In this document: in pieces, positions 13,490 through 26,304 of the stretch
Layout: each line of letters begins with the position of its first letter
Numbering within the stretch: position 1 is the stretch's first letter
Assembly (NCBI GenBank): GCA_951406725.2
Contig: OX597824.1
Coordinates: 3,162,001-3,226,000, forward strand
Origin: Octopus vulgaris
Lineage: Eukaryota
Reading direction: 5' to 3'
Length of the DNA stretch: 64,000 nucleotides
Notes under the pieces: generated by a model
The model's input: only the letters and a program-made list of their open reading frames with translations
What the model was told of the DNA's origin: nothing
The model's database searches: none
Translations under genes and position numbers: made by a program

Positions 13490-13592
13490 AACACTACGAT
13501 CGTTTCATGCCCGTAACCAGTTCGAATAACAATAATAATAATTTAACTTCAATTAATAATTCGAATTATGGTTACAGTCAATCTTCAGGTTA
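13490..13592 (-). ncRNA. Hammerhead-like motif with long stem II at the end of an extremely AT-rich (TA)n-embedded insert (about 13410-14530)
   Basis: RNA: AAC CUGAAGA UUGACUGUAACCA..UUCGAAU...AUUCGAAC UGGUUACGGGCAU GAA ACGAUCGU A GUGUU. Core intact, palindromic stem III, weak stem I. Confidence 0.6.
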
Positions 13593-14526
13593 ATTGTAAT
13601 ATTTTAATAAATAATCAGAAATATCTAAACAATATTTTTTAAGAAATAAATAATATAATAAATTTTCTTATAAAGAACTATTATCAAACTAGAAACTTAA
13701 CGATTATGATTATGTCAAAACAACGATTATAATGTTAAATATTAATTTTAATTTTTAAGTATTAATTTTCAAGGTAAGAAACCCACCAATAATCTAATAT
13801 CAGTAATAGTCAATATCTAATTACATAAATATTTTACAAAAAAATGACTATTCATATTATTAAAATATAAAATTTAAATAATATATAAATTATCAATGAA
13901 AATATATAAATGTATATAAATATTATAATTAAGATCTAAAATAATCTCTATAAATAAATATATATGCACATATAATAAAGACCTAATAAATTAATTTTTC
14001 ATATATAAAGATGAAATAGCTAATTTCAAAAATACAAATAAACAATCTTAAACGAACGCTATATCAAATTAACTATCTTTATATCTCATTGGCTAAATAA
14101 TAACTTTCAAAAATCTTATATTGAAATACTTAGAGAAATAATCAATTCGTAGTTATATAGTATCAAATAAATACTATAAATATATTTATCAATGGGAATA
14201 ATATAACTAGCAAATAACAATTTAAAAAGACAAAATATAAGTTAAGATAATAATTATAAGAAATTTAAAACTACAATTAATGCTATTAATATATGTATAT
14301 ACATGAATCTAACTTCAAACAACTCGTATACTTGCTATCAAACAACTTATCTATCGCTAAGTAAATTCTTAGGAATAAACTTAAAGTTAATATCTAATAA
14401 TTATATAGAAAATTACGATAATTAGATAAACAACGATATTTACATAAAAAAACAATAATATTATACCATATGACTTATAAAATATTAAACTTTAAAATTT
14501 AAAGATCTTAAATATAAATATACATA

Positions 14527-14575
<49 letters not shown>

Positions 14576-14618
14576 GAGGTATGTCTCGATTTATACATAT
14601 ATTTGTGTGTGGGTGTTT

Positions 14619-14702
<84 letters not shown>

Positions 14703-15378
14703 GTAAAATATCGTTAAAGTGCAGTGAATCGCCTCCTACCTTCCTGGTATGCAGGCCTCCCAAAACTTTATATATATCTTAACACTTATATACATGAACA
14801 TATGCAAACGTGTCTGCACGCACACGCAAAGTCTTGCATGCCTACTCAATGCTTGCATGCTATACTCATTCTCAATAACAAGTATTTCCAGTGCAAATCA
14901 CTCTGAGCGGATCACTTTGATGTAATAATGATGTCTATTTATAGAAGCTAATACAATGTGTCGATGTTTTCTCTAATGTATTCCGCTGGTAATTATGTCA
15001 TTGAACTCAGAAACCAAATTGCAGTTATTCAAATTGCATTATAAAAGTAATGCGAGAGAGAGAGAGAAGAGCACAGCAGCTCAAAAATCTATTTAAAAAA
15101 CTTCAAGCTGATCTATTTAGTGCACAAACAATAAACATGCTGTGGGTTGGACATAAAATCAAATTATAATACAACGTGGGTTTGCTTTTGTATAAAAGGC
15201 GTGTGTGATTGTTCTGAATGTTTGCCTGTAGAATTTATTTACTCAGTTCTATACTAAATGATTGCTTTAATGTGTTTGTAATTTTAGGTCTAAGTTTGAA
15301 TGTTTTCTTGTCTTTTTTTGTCCAATTTAAATATAAGGCACATTATGGCGAACGATATATACATATGTTTGCCTGTAT

Positions 15379-15590
15379 AGGCGCAGGAGTGGCTGTGTGG
15401 TAAGTATCTTGCTTACCAACCACATGGATCTGGGCTCAGTCCCACTGCGTAGCACCTTGGGCAAGTGTCTTCTACTATAGCCTCGGGTCGACCAAAGCCT
15501 TGTGAGTGGATTTCCTCGACTAAAGGCGGTGCTCCAGCATGGCCAGAGTCAAATGACTGAAACAAGTAAAAAGAGTAAAAAGAGAGTCAA
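15379..15590 (+). mobile_element. SINE family A, internally deleted copy
   Basis: Head and tail of the 12608 element joined at GGATTT/CCTCGACTAAAGG. Confidence 0.85.
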
Positions 15591-16966
15591 GAGTATGTCA
15601 ACCACACAGCTCAGACGGGTGTGTCTCTGTATGGTCACTTCTGTTTTTAGTTATTTCAGTTCTTTCTCTGAAGAAGGAACTCAGTTCTAACAAATATACA
15701 AAGCTCCATCGATGGAATGTCGGTAAAAAAGACAATGTCACGTTTTAAACTTGAGAAAAGTTTTGCATATTTTTATTGTTCCACTTACAGATCGTATCAG
15801 TAATGAGCGATTTAATTGGTTGATTTTTTTTTCTGTAAACTGCTGCTTACCCATGTTATCATTTAGGCATTTACTAACAAAGCCAAAATCAAGCATTTCT
15901 AAGGCCCATTGAAATACCACAGGAGATAAACGAACGGGGCTTAACATTCACACATACATTCGCACAAACATACACACACAAAGCGAAAAAACTACAGTTG
16001 AAGTAGAAAGATAAACTTCATAGGCAGTTATTCAAATAACCGTACAGCCATGCGTGTGTGTGTGTGTACGTACGCGTGGGTGTGTTTGCATGTACGCATG
16101 CATGTCTGTGTGTGCGTTCGTGTATGTGTGTGCGCGCGTGTGTATGTGAGTATCGTGTGTGCGTGCGTGCGTTCGTGTGTGTGTGTGTGAGTGAGTATGT
16201 GTTCGTGTGTGTGTGTGTGTATGTGTGTGTGTGTTCGTGTGTGTGTGTATGTATGTGTCTACACATATACAACAGATCTTTTTTTAGTTTCTGTCAGCCA
16301 AATCCACTCACAAGGCCTTGGGTAGCTCGGGGCTATAGTAGACGATACTGGCCGATTGAACTAGGAATTATGGCTGGGTAACAAACACCTTACAACACCA
16401 CCATTCATGCACCTATATGTTTACTTCATATTCCCTTATTCTTTTATCCCTCACTCCATCCTCAAAATGGCTTTGTACCTAAGTTCGAGCACATTTAGAA
16501 TTATGGCAAAAAACATTAGCGAGGCAGAAAAAATGCTTTGCGCGATTTCTTCCGACTCTTTATGCTCCGGGTTCAAATCCCATCGAGGTCAGCATTACAT
16601 TTCAGGTTCCATAAAATAAAATACCAGTCGAATACCGAAGTTAATGCTCTTCACCAAGATCCTCACTTCTCAGAAATTGCTCACCTTACACCAAAATCAA
16701 AAATCATTATAAAGGGTGACGAATCGGAAGAAATACTTGCCCTATTTCGTTCTGCTGCTTGAGTTCTGAGTTCACATTCCATTGCAGTCAACTTGCCATT
16801 CATCTCTGACCTCCATAAAATAATGAACCAATCAAATACTGAGAGCGATGGAATCGATTAGGACGTTACCCTCATAAATTACTGGCCCCACCCCTCATCT
16901 TAGAAACCATTTATGTACTTCTTTATTTTTATGTACTTCTTTATTTATCTATCTATTTCTTTTCAG

Positions 16967-17070
16967 TTTGGCAGAACTGAAACAATCAAAGACACTCTAA
17001 ACCCTGACTTCATCAAAAAATTTGTTATGTCATATTACTTTGAAGAATGTCAACACCTCAAATTTGAACT
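16967..17070 (+). CDS. CPNE8: Copine exon, C2A: [34 protein letters not shown](L)
   Basis: tttcttttcAG acceptor, CT|GTGAGT donor, 104 nt, in frame with the previous exon. Matches the copine motif FGRTE..NTLNPDF..KF...Y.FEE.Q.L.F. Confidence 0.95.
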
Positions 17071-17169
17071 GTGAGTTAAACTTTCATGCCTTCTCTCCTT
17101 TTTACCTCCATTTCAAACCTTTCTTCAAGTAAAAGTATATGCACGTGTGTGTATGGGGAGGGTATGTAT

Positions 17170-17205
<36 letters not shown>

Positions 17206-17291
17206 GTAGGTCCCGGGTTGATTCGGGGTTAACCACAGTAAGTAAGGTACTCAATACATAGCAGAGTAAAATTAATTTATTATATAGAAGG

Positions 17292-17342
17292 AGCTTCTAC
17301 AGGACTAGTACTGTTTCATTCAAGAGAAATCTTCAGGAAGCT
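17292..17342 (-). ncRNA. Type I hammerhead ribozyme, canonical core
   Basis: RNA: AGCUUC CUGAAGA UUUC ucuu GAAU GAA ACAG uacuaguc CUGU A GAAGCU. 6-bp stem I, CUGANGA and GAAA core, 4-bp stem III, GUA cleavage triplet. Confidence 0.88.
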
Positions 17343-17859
17343 ATTTAACATGAATTGTATTAGCATTTATACATTTAGGCAGGTTTAAGGGAGTGGTGGT
17401 GGGGGACTTTTTGGGGGTAGGCATAGCGCAAAATATCATACTTGGGGGAGTGGTCAAGGAGTCAGTGGTAAGTTAGATGAAAGAATAGATAAATAAAAAA
17501 ATAAATAAAAATAATAATAATAAAATAATAAAATAATAAAATAAAAAATAAAAAATAAAAAATAAAAAATAAAAAATAAAAAATAAAAAATAAAAAAATA
17601 AAAAAATAAAATAAAATAAAATAAAATAAAATAAAAAATAAAAAAATAAAAAAATAAAGAATATAAAAAATATATATAATATATATAAAAAAAATATATA
17701 TATAAAAAATATATATATAAAAAAATATATATATAAAAAAAGGGGGGATAGAGTTATAGGTAAATAAGAAGATTCTCACTTATACCTATACACACATGTA
17801 TACGTATCTACACACACACACATACATACACATATATATATACACACACACATATATAT

Positions 17860-17902
<43 letters not shown>

Positions 17903-18789
17903 CACATGTACACACATACATACATATCTACATACACACATACATACACCTGCCCACATATACAAATTTATACACATGCACATGCCTATACCTGTCTACA
18001 CATACACACACGTATATATGCATACACTCACTCCCATGCATGCACGCATACACACATGTATATATATATATATATATATATACCCACGACCACACATACA
18101 TATATACACATAAAAATATATATTCATACGCACATACACTCATGCACACACAACACACCTAGTTCCCTATATACACATATTTACACCTATATATACATAC
18201 ACCCACATACACCCATGCACACATATATATATATATAAACATATACACGCATACATATATATACATGTGTGCACATACATACATACACACATATATACAT
18301 ACACATACACTTACACATGTGTACCTATACATACCTACACATACACACATACATACATACAAATATACATATACATATATATATACACAATCCAATACAG
18401 GCCCACTCCCTAATTTTAATTTTATTATCTTCATTTATTACTTTTGTTATCTTTGATCGCTAGGGCTAAGAATCCTGGTAATGGCTGCATGTCCATTAGT
18501 CTGTCTACTAGAAGGCAAGTACTCATTCCCGCACGCACACTCATTAGCACGTACATTCACCCATTCGTACACTCATACACATACACGTACGCACGCGTTA
18601 TATTCATACATACAAACATCTACATACGTTCACGTATATACACATACGTACTCGTACCTACAGATTCGTGTCTACACTTTAGGAGGCTAGTCTATACATA
18701 TACACCAATAAATATACATATACATATATATATATACCCGCATATACATACACACACACACATATATACTCCTACATACAGATACATAC

Positions 18790-18824
<35 letters not shown>

Positions 18825-19356
18825 TATATACATACATACACATACATATATATATACACATACATACACATACACACATACATATACACACACATACATA
18901 CACATATATATACATACACAAACATATATACACACATATATATATACACATACACACATACACACATACATACGTATACATACATACATACATCCATACA
19001 TCCATACTTACATGCATTTATACGCATACACACACCCATCTATATATATGTGTATATATATATATATATATATACACACTCACACATACATATACAAATC
19101 TACGCACACCCATACATACATACACGTATACGCATACACGCACATACACATATACATGCGTACCCATACACGTGCACACACGCACGCGCATCCATATATA
19201 TACACACACACACATATATATACACGTGTGCAAGCATACATACATACTCATACGCGCACACATACTTACAAATACATATATGCACGCACTTACACACATA
19301 TATATACATACACATATACATGCATACCTACATATATGCATACATACACACACGCA

Positions 19357-19404
<48 letters not shown>

Positions 19405-19479
19405 CATATACATACATACATAGATATACATACACATACATACACATACACATACATACACACATATATACACATACAC

Positions 19480-19512
<33 letters not shown>

Positions 19513-19716
19513 TACATATATACACATATACATACATATACATACACACACACATACATATATACATATACACTGATACACATACCCATACATACACATG
19601 CATATACTTATATCACTACATACTCACATATATAAACATATATACATACACACACATACATATATACATGTACATACACATACGTATGCATATATATATA
19701 TATATACATATATATA

Positions 19717-19747
<31 letters not shown>

Positions 19748-20444
19748 ACACACACACACACACACATACATATACACATATACATGTATACATACGCAAA
19801 AATGATACACATATATACACATACACACACACAGACAGATGCATATACATACATATATATATATATATAAACTACATATCTATATAAATACATACATAAT
19901 ACACATATACACACACATATATATACATTCATGCATATACATATACAAGTATACATACACATACATACACACACACGCGCACACATACATATACACACAC
20001 ACATATGCAAACACATACATACACACATACACACACCCATATATATGTATATATATATATACATACATGTACACATATACATATGTATATATATATCAAC
20101 AAGGGAGGGTAAAGTTAATTAGTTATTAATCAATTTCATCAAGTGTTCAGTATGTAAAGGGACCATTATTATTTTGAGTAAACAATGTTAGAGGGAAAAA
20201 AATTCTCTAAGTAGTGGAAGAGGCTAAAAAACTTTATTGGCTGCTATTTCTAGAAAGTTTAGTATGTGGCAAAGTAATTTATTTTATTTTCCTAAGCCCT
20301 AATTATATAATATTTTATACATACATACACATACATAAGCACATACATTTACACATACATATGCATATACATATATACACATATACATACAAACACATAT
20401 ACACATATACACACACACACACATACAAGCACATACACATACAT

Positions 20445-20489
<45 letters not shown>

Positions 20490-20726
20490 AACATATATAC
20501 ATATATATTTTTACATGCATACATACACACACACACACATAATACATGCGTATATTCCTACTGTACCCATGCATTTCTATACATATATACATACATACAT
20601 ACGATACACATATACAGGCGTGCACATATAATATGTGAAAGGTCTTAGGAGAAAAGGTAATCGGGGGTGCTAGGGGAACAGTGGGGTTGGGGGGGGGGTT
20701 GGGGGGGGTTGTAGGGGGGGTTGTCA

Positions 20727-22070
20727 TCAATCAGGTTGCCGGGTAGGTCTATAGTTCTTGTAGTTCGCATACTTCTTATGCATGCAATTTGGGGAGTGTT
20801 CTGAAAATTTGTTAAGGAGATGGCCTTTGGCGAACAAGATCTCTAGGCTCTCTGATATGCATAGGTCACAGCAGGTATGTCCTCCTGTGTACGAGCGCGC
20901 CTTCTGTAGTAGTTTCCACTTGGTCTTGAAGGGGATTGAGTTCCTTTTAAGGTACCAGATGTGGGCGGCGAGGGTAGTTTGGTTGGATTTATCCTGTCGC
21001 CGGAACGAGTGTGTATGTGCATACCAGCGGGTCTTAAAGCTGTTTGACGTCATTCCAATGTAGGATTTACTTTTATCGTCAAGGCCTGAACTTACCTCGC
21101 ATTTATATACTAGGTCCCTCTGTAGGCAGTTGTTGTTGAGGGGGCAGGTGGTTTTATCAAGGCAGTTGCAACTGCTATCGGACGTTGGATGGGCCCCGGA
21201 GAAAGTAGATATGTTAAGTTTTTTCACATTGTTGTTGGCTAGGTTCCTGGCTAGGTTGGGCGTGGTAGAGTAGGAGAGTCTAATAGTGTTCTTATTTAGG
21301 ATAGTGTAGTACTTATGTTGGGTGGGGAAGTGTTTCTGTAGGAGAGTGAAAAAGATCTTAGCTACAGGTGTAGCGACCTCACGGTTGAAGGGGGGTTGTA
21401 CCAGCTAATGTGTCTTCGTCTATTTTTCCTGGGTTGGCGTGGGGCTATACTAGTGTAGGTAATCTTATCTTTAAAACCACTGCGGGCCAGGGCCTCGTTG
21501 TAATAGGGGGCTGCGGCCTTAAAGATATCTTCCGTGGCGGACAGGCTAGAGATTCTAATTGAGACACTTTTTACTAGGTTATCTAATATATTTCTGGGGT
21601 GGTTGGAATTGATATCTATATATCTAAGGGATTCATTTGGTTTGTGGTACGGGTAATATAGTGAGGTTTTTAAGTCGAGGGTGACATCTAGGAAGTTAGC
21701 CTTAGTTAAGTTGGATTCTAGGGTAATCCTAAGGCCTAAGTTTTTAAAGAAGGTGTGAAGATTTTTCCGGAACCCATCCGTGGTCCTGGGGTTTATATTG
21801 TGGAGGGCGAAAAGGCCGTCATCTCGGTAAAGACCACCGGAGAGGCCTGTGAATAGGGTTTTCAGCCTATGGAGGATGAAAAGGCCCACTAGGTCACTTA
21901 TTTCAGCAGAGTCGTTAGCACCCATGCTGACGTCGAAGGGGGTCACAGATTTTTTGTTGATCCAGTGGGATCCGTCATAGAAAAGAAAAGTCTTACGTGC
22001 GTGGAGGATCACATCTTGCTCGGCCTCGGTGATGGTGGAGGACCTCCTGGCGAAGTTAATCGCATCGATC
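20727..22070 (-). pseudogene. Penelope-like polyprotein C-terminal part: RT, Cys-rich linker and GIY-YIG endonuclease; one frameshift
   Basis: FDVSMGANDSAEISDLVGL, GLYRDDGL, NFLDVTLDL, YHKPN, SNHP, WYNPP; CNCLDKTTCPLNNNCL; LVYKC...YIGMT..SFKTRWYAH; CDLCISE..LLNKFSE..CMH. The only break is in the G6 run at 21390-21395. Confidence 0.93.
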
Positions 22071-22122
22071 AGATGTACATATATATATATATATATTATA
22101 TATATTATATATATATATGTAC

Positions 22123-22157
<35 letters not shown>

Positions 22158-22160
<3 letters not shown>

Positions 22161-22328
22161 CACCCACTACACTCTCGGAGTCGCTGGCGTTAGGAAGGGC
22201 ATCCAGCCGTAGAAACTCTGCCAGATCAAGATTGGAGCCTGGTGCAGCCATCTGGTTCGCCAGCCCTCAGTCTAAATCGTCCAACCCATGCTAGCATGGA
22301 AAGCAGACGTTAAACGATGATGATGATA
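22158..22328 (+). mobile_element. 3' part of a retroposon (SINE or LINE tail) ending in (GAT)n
   Basis: GGCGTTAGGAAGGGCATCCAGCCGTAGAAA...AACCCATGCTAGCATGGAAAGCAGACGTTAAACGATGATGATG. Related decayed pieces near 31900-31990 (+) and 34700-34790 (-). Confidence 0.65.
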
Positions 22329-22570
22329 TGATTATCATTATTATTATTATTATTATTATTATTGTTATTATTATTATTATCATTATTATTGTTGTTGTTG
22401 TTGTTGTTGTTGTGGTTATTATTACTATTATTATTATTATTATTGAGAGAGCAGCGCATGTCATCGAAGTGACATCCCACTCAAATGTTCCCTGAATAGG
22501 GTTTGTTTAAAGATAATGAAAGCCGAACCCTCATACACCGTCTTCGACAGGAGAATCCGTCGTTATTATT

Positions 22571-22925
22571 GAGGCGTCGAGCTGGCAAAATCCTTTCCTC
22601 ACCGGGCAAAGTGCTTAGCAGCATTTCGCCCATCTTAACGTTCTGAGCTCAAATTGCACCGACATTGACTTTGCCTTTCATCATTTCGGGGTCGATAAAA
22701 TAATACCAGTTGAGTTTTGGGGGGTCGATGTAATCGATTTAATCCCTGCTCTGAAAGTGCTTGCCTTATGCTAAAATAGGACTGCACTGAACAAAATACT
22801 AAGCGCCATTTCGCCCGTCTTTGCATTCTGAGTTCAAATTCTGTCGAGGTCGATTTTGCCTTTCATCCTTTCGGGGTCGATAACACTCGCACTCTCCCCC
22901 AAATTTCAGGTTTTGTGCCTAGAAT
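22571..22925 (+). mobile_element. Two tandem decayed SINE family B copies
   Basis: GACTTTGCCTTTCATC.TTTCGGGGTCGATAA motif occurs twice. Confidence 0.75.
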
Positions 22926-22926
22926 A

Positions 22927-22957
<31 letters not shown>

Positions 22958-23318
22958 CTTCTCTCTCTCTCTCTCTTAATCACTCACTCGCTCACTCTCT
23001 CTGTCTCTCTCATCAATATTTTTGTTGTTGTTTTGGTTTTGGTTTTATTTTTTCCTCGTTTTGCACCCTCAAGTCTCAACCAGAGACGTTAAGGGGCAAC
23101 AAAGTTTTTCATTTGAAGATGCTAAGAACGGATGAGGAGTGCCATGCAATTGAAAACACTGACGTCTGTAGGGGAGAAAAAAGAAAGAGAATAAGTTGGG
23201 CTTTGAACTGAGAGGACTGGCATAGAATATGCCAGACACGCATAAGTCTGATCTTTTGCAATTCGCTTCTTTTGGAGATGCCAGGGATGTGCTCTACATG
23301 CTTGCTTGCTCCTCTTCA

Positions 23319-23384
<66 letters not shown>

Positions 23385-23946
23385 CATTATTGTGGATGTA
23401 AGTTGCGAAAATAGCAAGAGTGGATGGTACCTCTCTAAGTGTAGACCTGTGAGTCGGAGAAAAGGAATTAGAGAGGGCACTTGCTCCTGGGTTTCAGGGA
23501 AATCTAAGACAGTAGGGTTCCTCGATTATCCCTAGAGGCCTTCCAGTATCAGGAGGGCCACATCTCTATCATCCTCCCCACCACTTTTTTCAAAAACCTT
23601 TGTACGCCATGCCTATGTCCCTTCTTTTTCAGTGTCTACAGAGTATACTTATTTTCTTTCCTTCTTTTTTATAATCATTTCATTATTATATGTAAACCTG
23701 GACACTTTAAGTCTGCTTTTGTATTGTCTCCCTTATCCTTCACCCTTGTAACAAATAAATGAAATCATTATCATTATTATTATTATTATTATCAAGACTA
23801 TATAGGACCGAGGTAACTCATCCAGAAGTTCTACACGAATAAATAGAAGAGTGCCATATCATGTGAAATTGGTTGAACGATATTTCGGCATCTAGCACTC
23901 TTCTATTTATTTGTATCATCATCATTATTATTATTATTATTATTAA

Positions 23947-24012
<66 letters not shown>

Positions 24013-24054
24013 TAATACTACTACTATTATTATTATGTTTTTCTTTTCGTTTAG

Positions 24055-24094
24055 ATATGATGTAGATTCTGCAAACGGTTCTTTGGATCAACAG
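24055..24094 (+). CDS. CPNE8: Copine 40-nt exon: YDVDSANGSLDQQ
   Basis: ttttcgtttAG acceptor, CAG|GTTCGT donor. YDVD Ca2+-loop motif. Phase 2 to 0 fits both neighbours. Confidence 0.9.
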
Positions 24095-24289
24095 GTTCGT
24101 AATGTTCCAATTTTTTCTTCTTTCTTGGATATTGGCGCTTTGCTTGTCTTTTGTCAAAAACCTAGAACGCTTTTGAGTTTGGTTTAAGTCATTTTCAATA
24201 ACTCATTATTCCACTATGGCTCTTTCGTAGCTCATAGTTACTATGACGTTGTGAAAATCATTTTATTTTTGTTGCTGTTGTTGTTGTTG

Positions 24290-24350
<61 letters not shown>

Positions 24351-24439
24351 GTCTTTTTTTTCATTATAACTTTATTTCAGCTGCCTTAGTACCGGGAATC
24401 CTCCAGAGGCCAAGAGTAGCAAGGGCACTTTTGTTTTGC

Positions 24440-25290
24440 TATGCATGCTAATATTATCACCACATTTATTCCATTTTAGATGGAGAGTGCTTTCTGTAGT
24501 ATACAGGGGCTATACCCATCAAGGTTATCTTTTGTAGTTCACGGACATTGGAATTACCAGGGAGTTGCTTAATATATTTCTCAGCTCCTTTCTTTATTAC
24601 TACTGGTATTATCGTAGTTCTAAGCTTCCACATTTTTGTGATTTCAATTTGCAGATCTTTATAGTGAGAAAGCTTTTTGTATTCCTCTCTTGAGACATTC
24701 TGATCTTGTGGGACAGACATAATCTATTAACAGATAAGTTCCTCTGTTGTTGTCCTTGATCACAATGTCTGGTCGATTGGAGTCAGTTTTTCTGTCTGTT
24801 TGTATTGGAAAGTGCCAAAGGATGGTAATGCCCTCGTCATTTACTACATCCTCTGGATGGTGCCTGTACCATTAATTAAGGGATTTAATTTTGTAGTATT
24901 TACAAGCATTCCAGTGGATGTACTGCCCTAGTCTGTCATGTCTTATGAGGTACTCCTTTTCAGCAAGGACTGGGCAGCCAGAAACAACATGATCAATTGC
25001 CTTTGTGAATTTTCCTCAAATTTTGCATGAGGGGTCACATTCATCTTTAAAGACGTTTGCTTGGTAGTTTCTTGTATGTAAGCTCTGATCTTGCGCTGCA
25101 ATAACAAAACCTTCTGTTTCCCCTTTCAGACCTGGCCCTTGTAGCCATTGGTGTGTTAGGTTCTGCTCAACATTTGGCTTGGACTGGTGGTTAGAGTATT
25201 TTCCATACAAGGGTTTACCTTTCCAGTTGTCTTCGATATTATTCATGCAAGCCTTCTTTGCTTTTAGCATGATGTTTTTTGAATCAGTGA
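24440..25290 (-). mobile_element. R4/Dong-like LINE C-terminal fragment (CCHC and restriction-like endonuclease)
   Basis: ETEGFVIAAQDQSLHTRNY, C..C...HVVSGC, NRPDIV, KLSHYKDLQIEITKMW. Adjacent to (TAT)n. Confidence 0.85.
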
Positions 25291-25339
25291 TAGGCTTATT
25301 GTTGTTGTTGTTGTTGCCTTTGCAAAACTTCTAACACTG

Positions 25340-26105
25340 GAGATGTAGTACAGTATCAGCTATTCATTACCAGTGAAGTAAGGTAACACCTCTTATATTT
25401 CGAGCACCTTCCGGAGTATTCGAGCGATTCCAAGCTGTGCTGTTTTCTGCAAGTGCTCCACCTTATTGCCGCCCCGGTTTCTTCCAAGTACTTCTCGAGA
25501 TTTTGCTCACAGTTCTCAGGGCTCCGACAATTATTGGTACTATGGCTACCTTTTTCATCGACCACAACTGTTTAACCTCCCAAGCTAACCTGTCATATCT
25601 CTCGATTTTTTTCTTCCTTATCGCATACCTTGTTGTCAGCTGGGCATGCTATATCTACGATCCAGCATAGCTTGTTTTCTTTCTCAATTAAGATTATGTC
25701 CGGCTTCCTATTCTCTATTTCATGGTCGCACTGAATCATAAAATCCCATAGGACCTTTGCATTTCTATTTTCAACGATGCCTTTGGGTTTGTGGTCGTAC
25801 CAATTTTTTGCTCTGTCAAATCCATACTTATTGCAAAGTGTTCAATGGACACGCCTGGCTATATTGTCGTGGCGTCTCTTAAATTCCTTCTGGGATAGTG
25901 GCGTACATTGGCTGGTAATATACCATACGGTTTCACCGTTTTGTCAACGGACTCTGCACTTATCACTTTCTGATGTGCTGTCTATTCTTTATTTCATGTA
26001 GTTTGTTCTTAGTGCTTGCTTTTGGGCAGCACAGATTAGAAACTCGGTTTCCGATTTTAAATCTCTTTTAGTAATCCAGTTATCGTTTTTCTCTGCCTGT
26101 CTTAT
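25340..26105 (-). mobile_element. Second, divergent R4/Dong-like LINE C-terminal fragment
   Basis: Minus-strand peptides with LICAAQ.QALRTN, RRHDNIARRVHW, VLWDFMIQCDH..E.R.PDI, IIVG.L motifs; frameshifted. Confidence 0.75.
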
Positions 26106-26141
26106 CAAATGTCTGAAACACACACACACACACACACACAC

Positions 26142-26214
<73 letters not shown>

Positions 26215-26221
26215 TTCAGGC

Positions 26222-26260
<39 letters not shown>

Positions 26261-26272
26261 CGTGTGTACTTG

Positions 26273-26304
<32 letters not shown>

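Larger units (their letters stand above)
17205..22075 (-). mobile_element. 5'-truncated Penelope-like retroelement (Naiad-like) in (TA)n, with microsatellite-expanded 3' region and terminal hammerhead
   Basis: ORF at about 22070-20727, then a (TA/TG)-rich region with unique islands and a hammerhead at 17292-17342. (TA)n on both flanks. That all parts are one element is inferred. Confidence 0.7.

Noticed and set aside
18444-19805. 453-aa ORF and many other [16 protein letters not shown] ORFs
   Set aside because: Translations of (TA)n, (CA)n and (TAA)n microsatellites that happen to lack stops; no protein features.
20727-22070. Selenocysteine-recoded Naiad ORF
   Set aside because: No in-frame TGA inside the visible ORF; the only break is a homopolymer frameshift.
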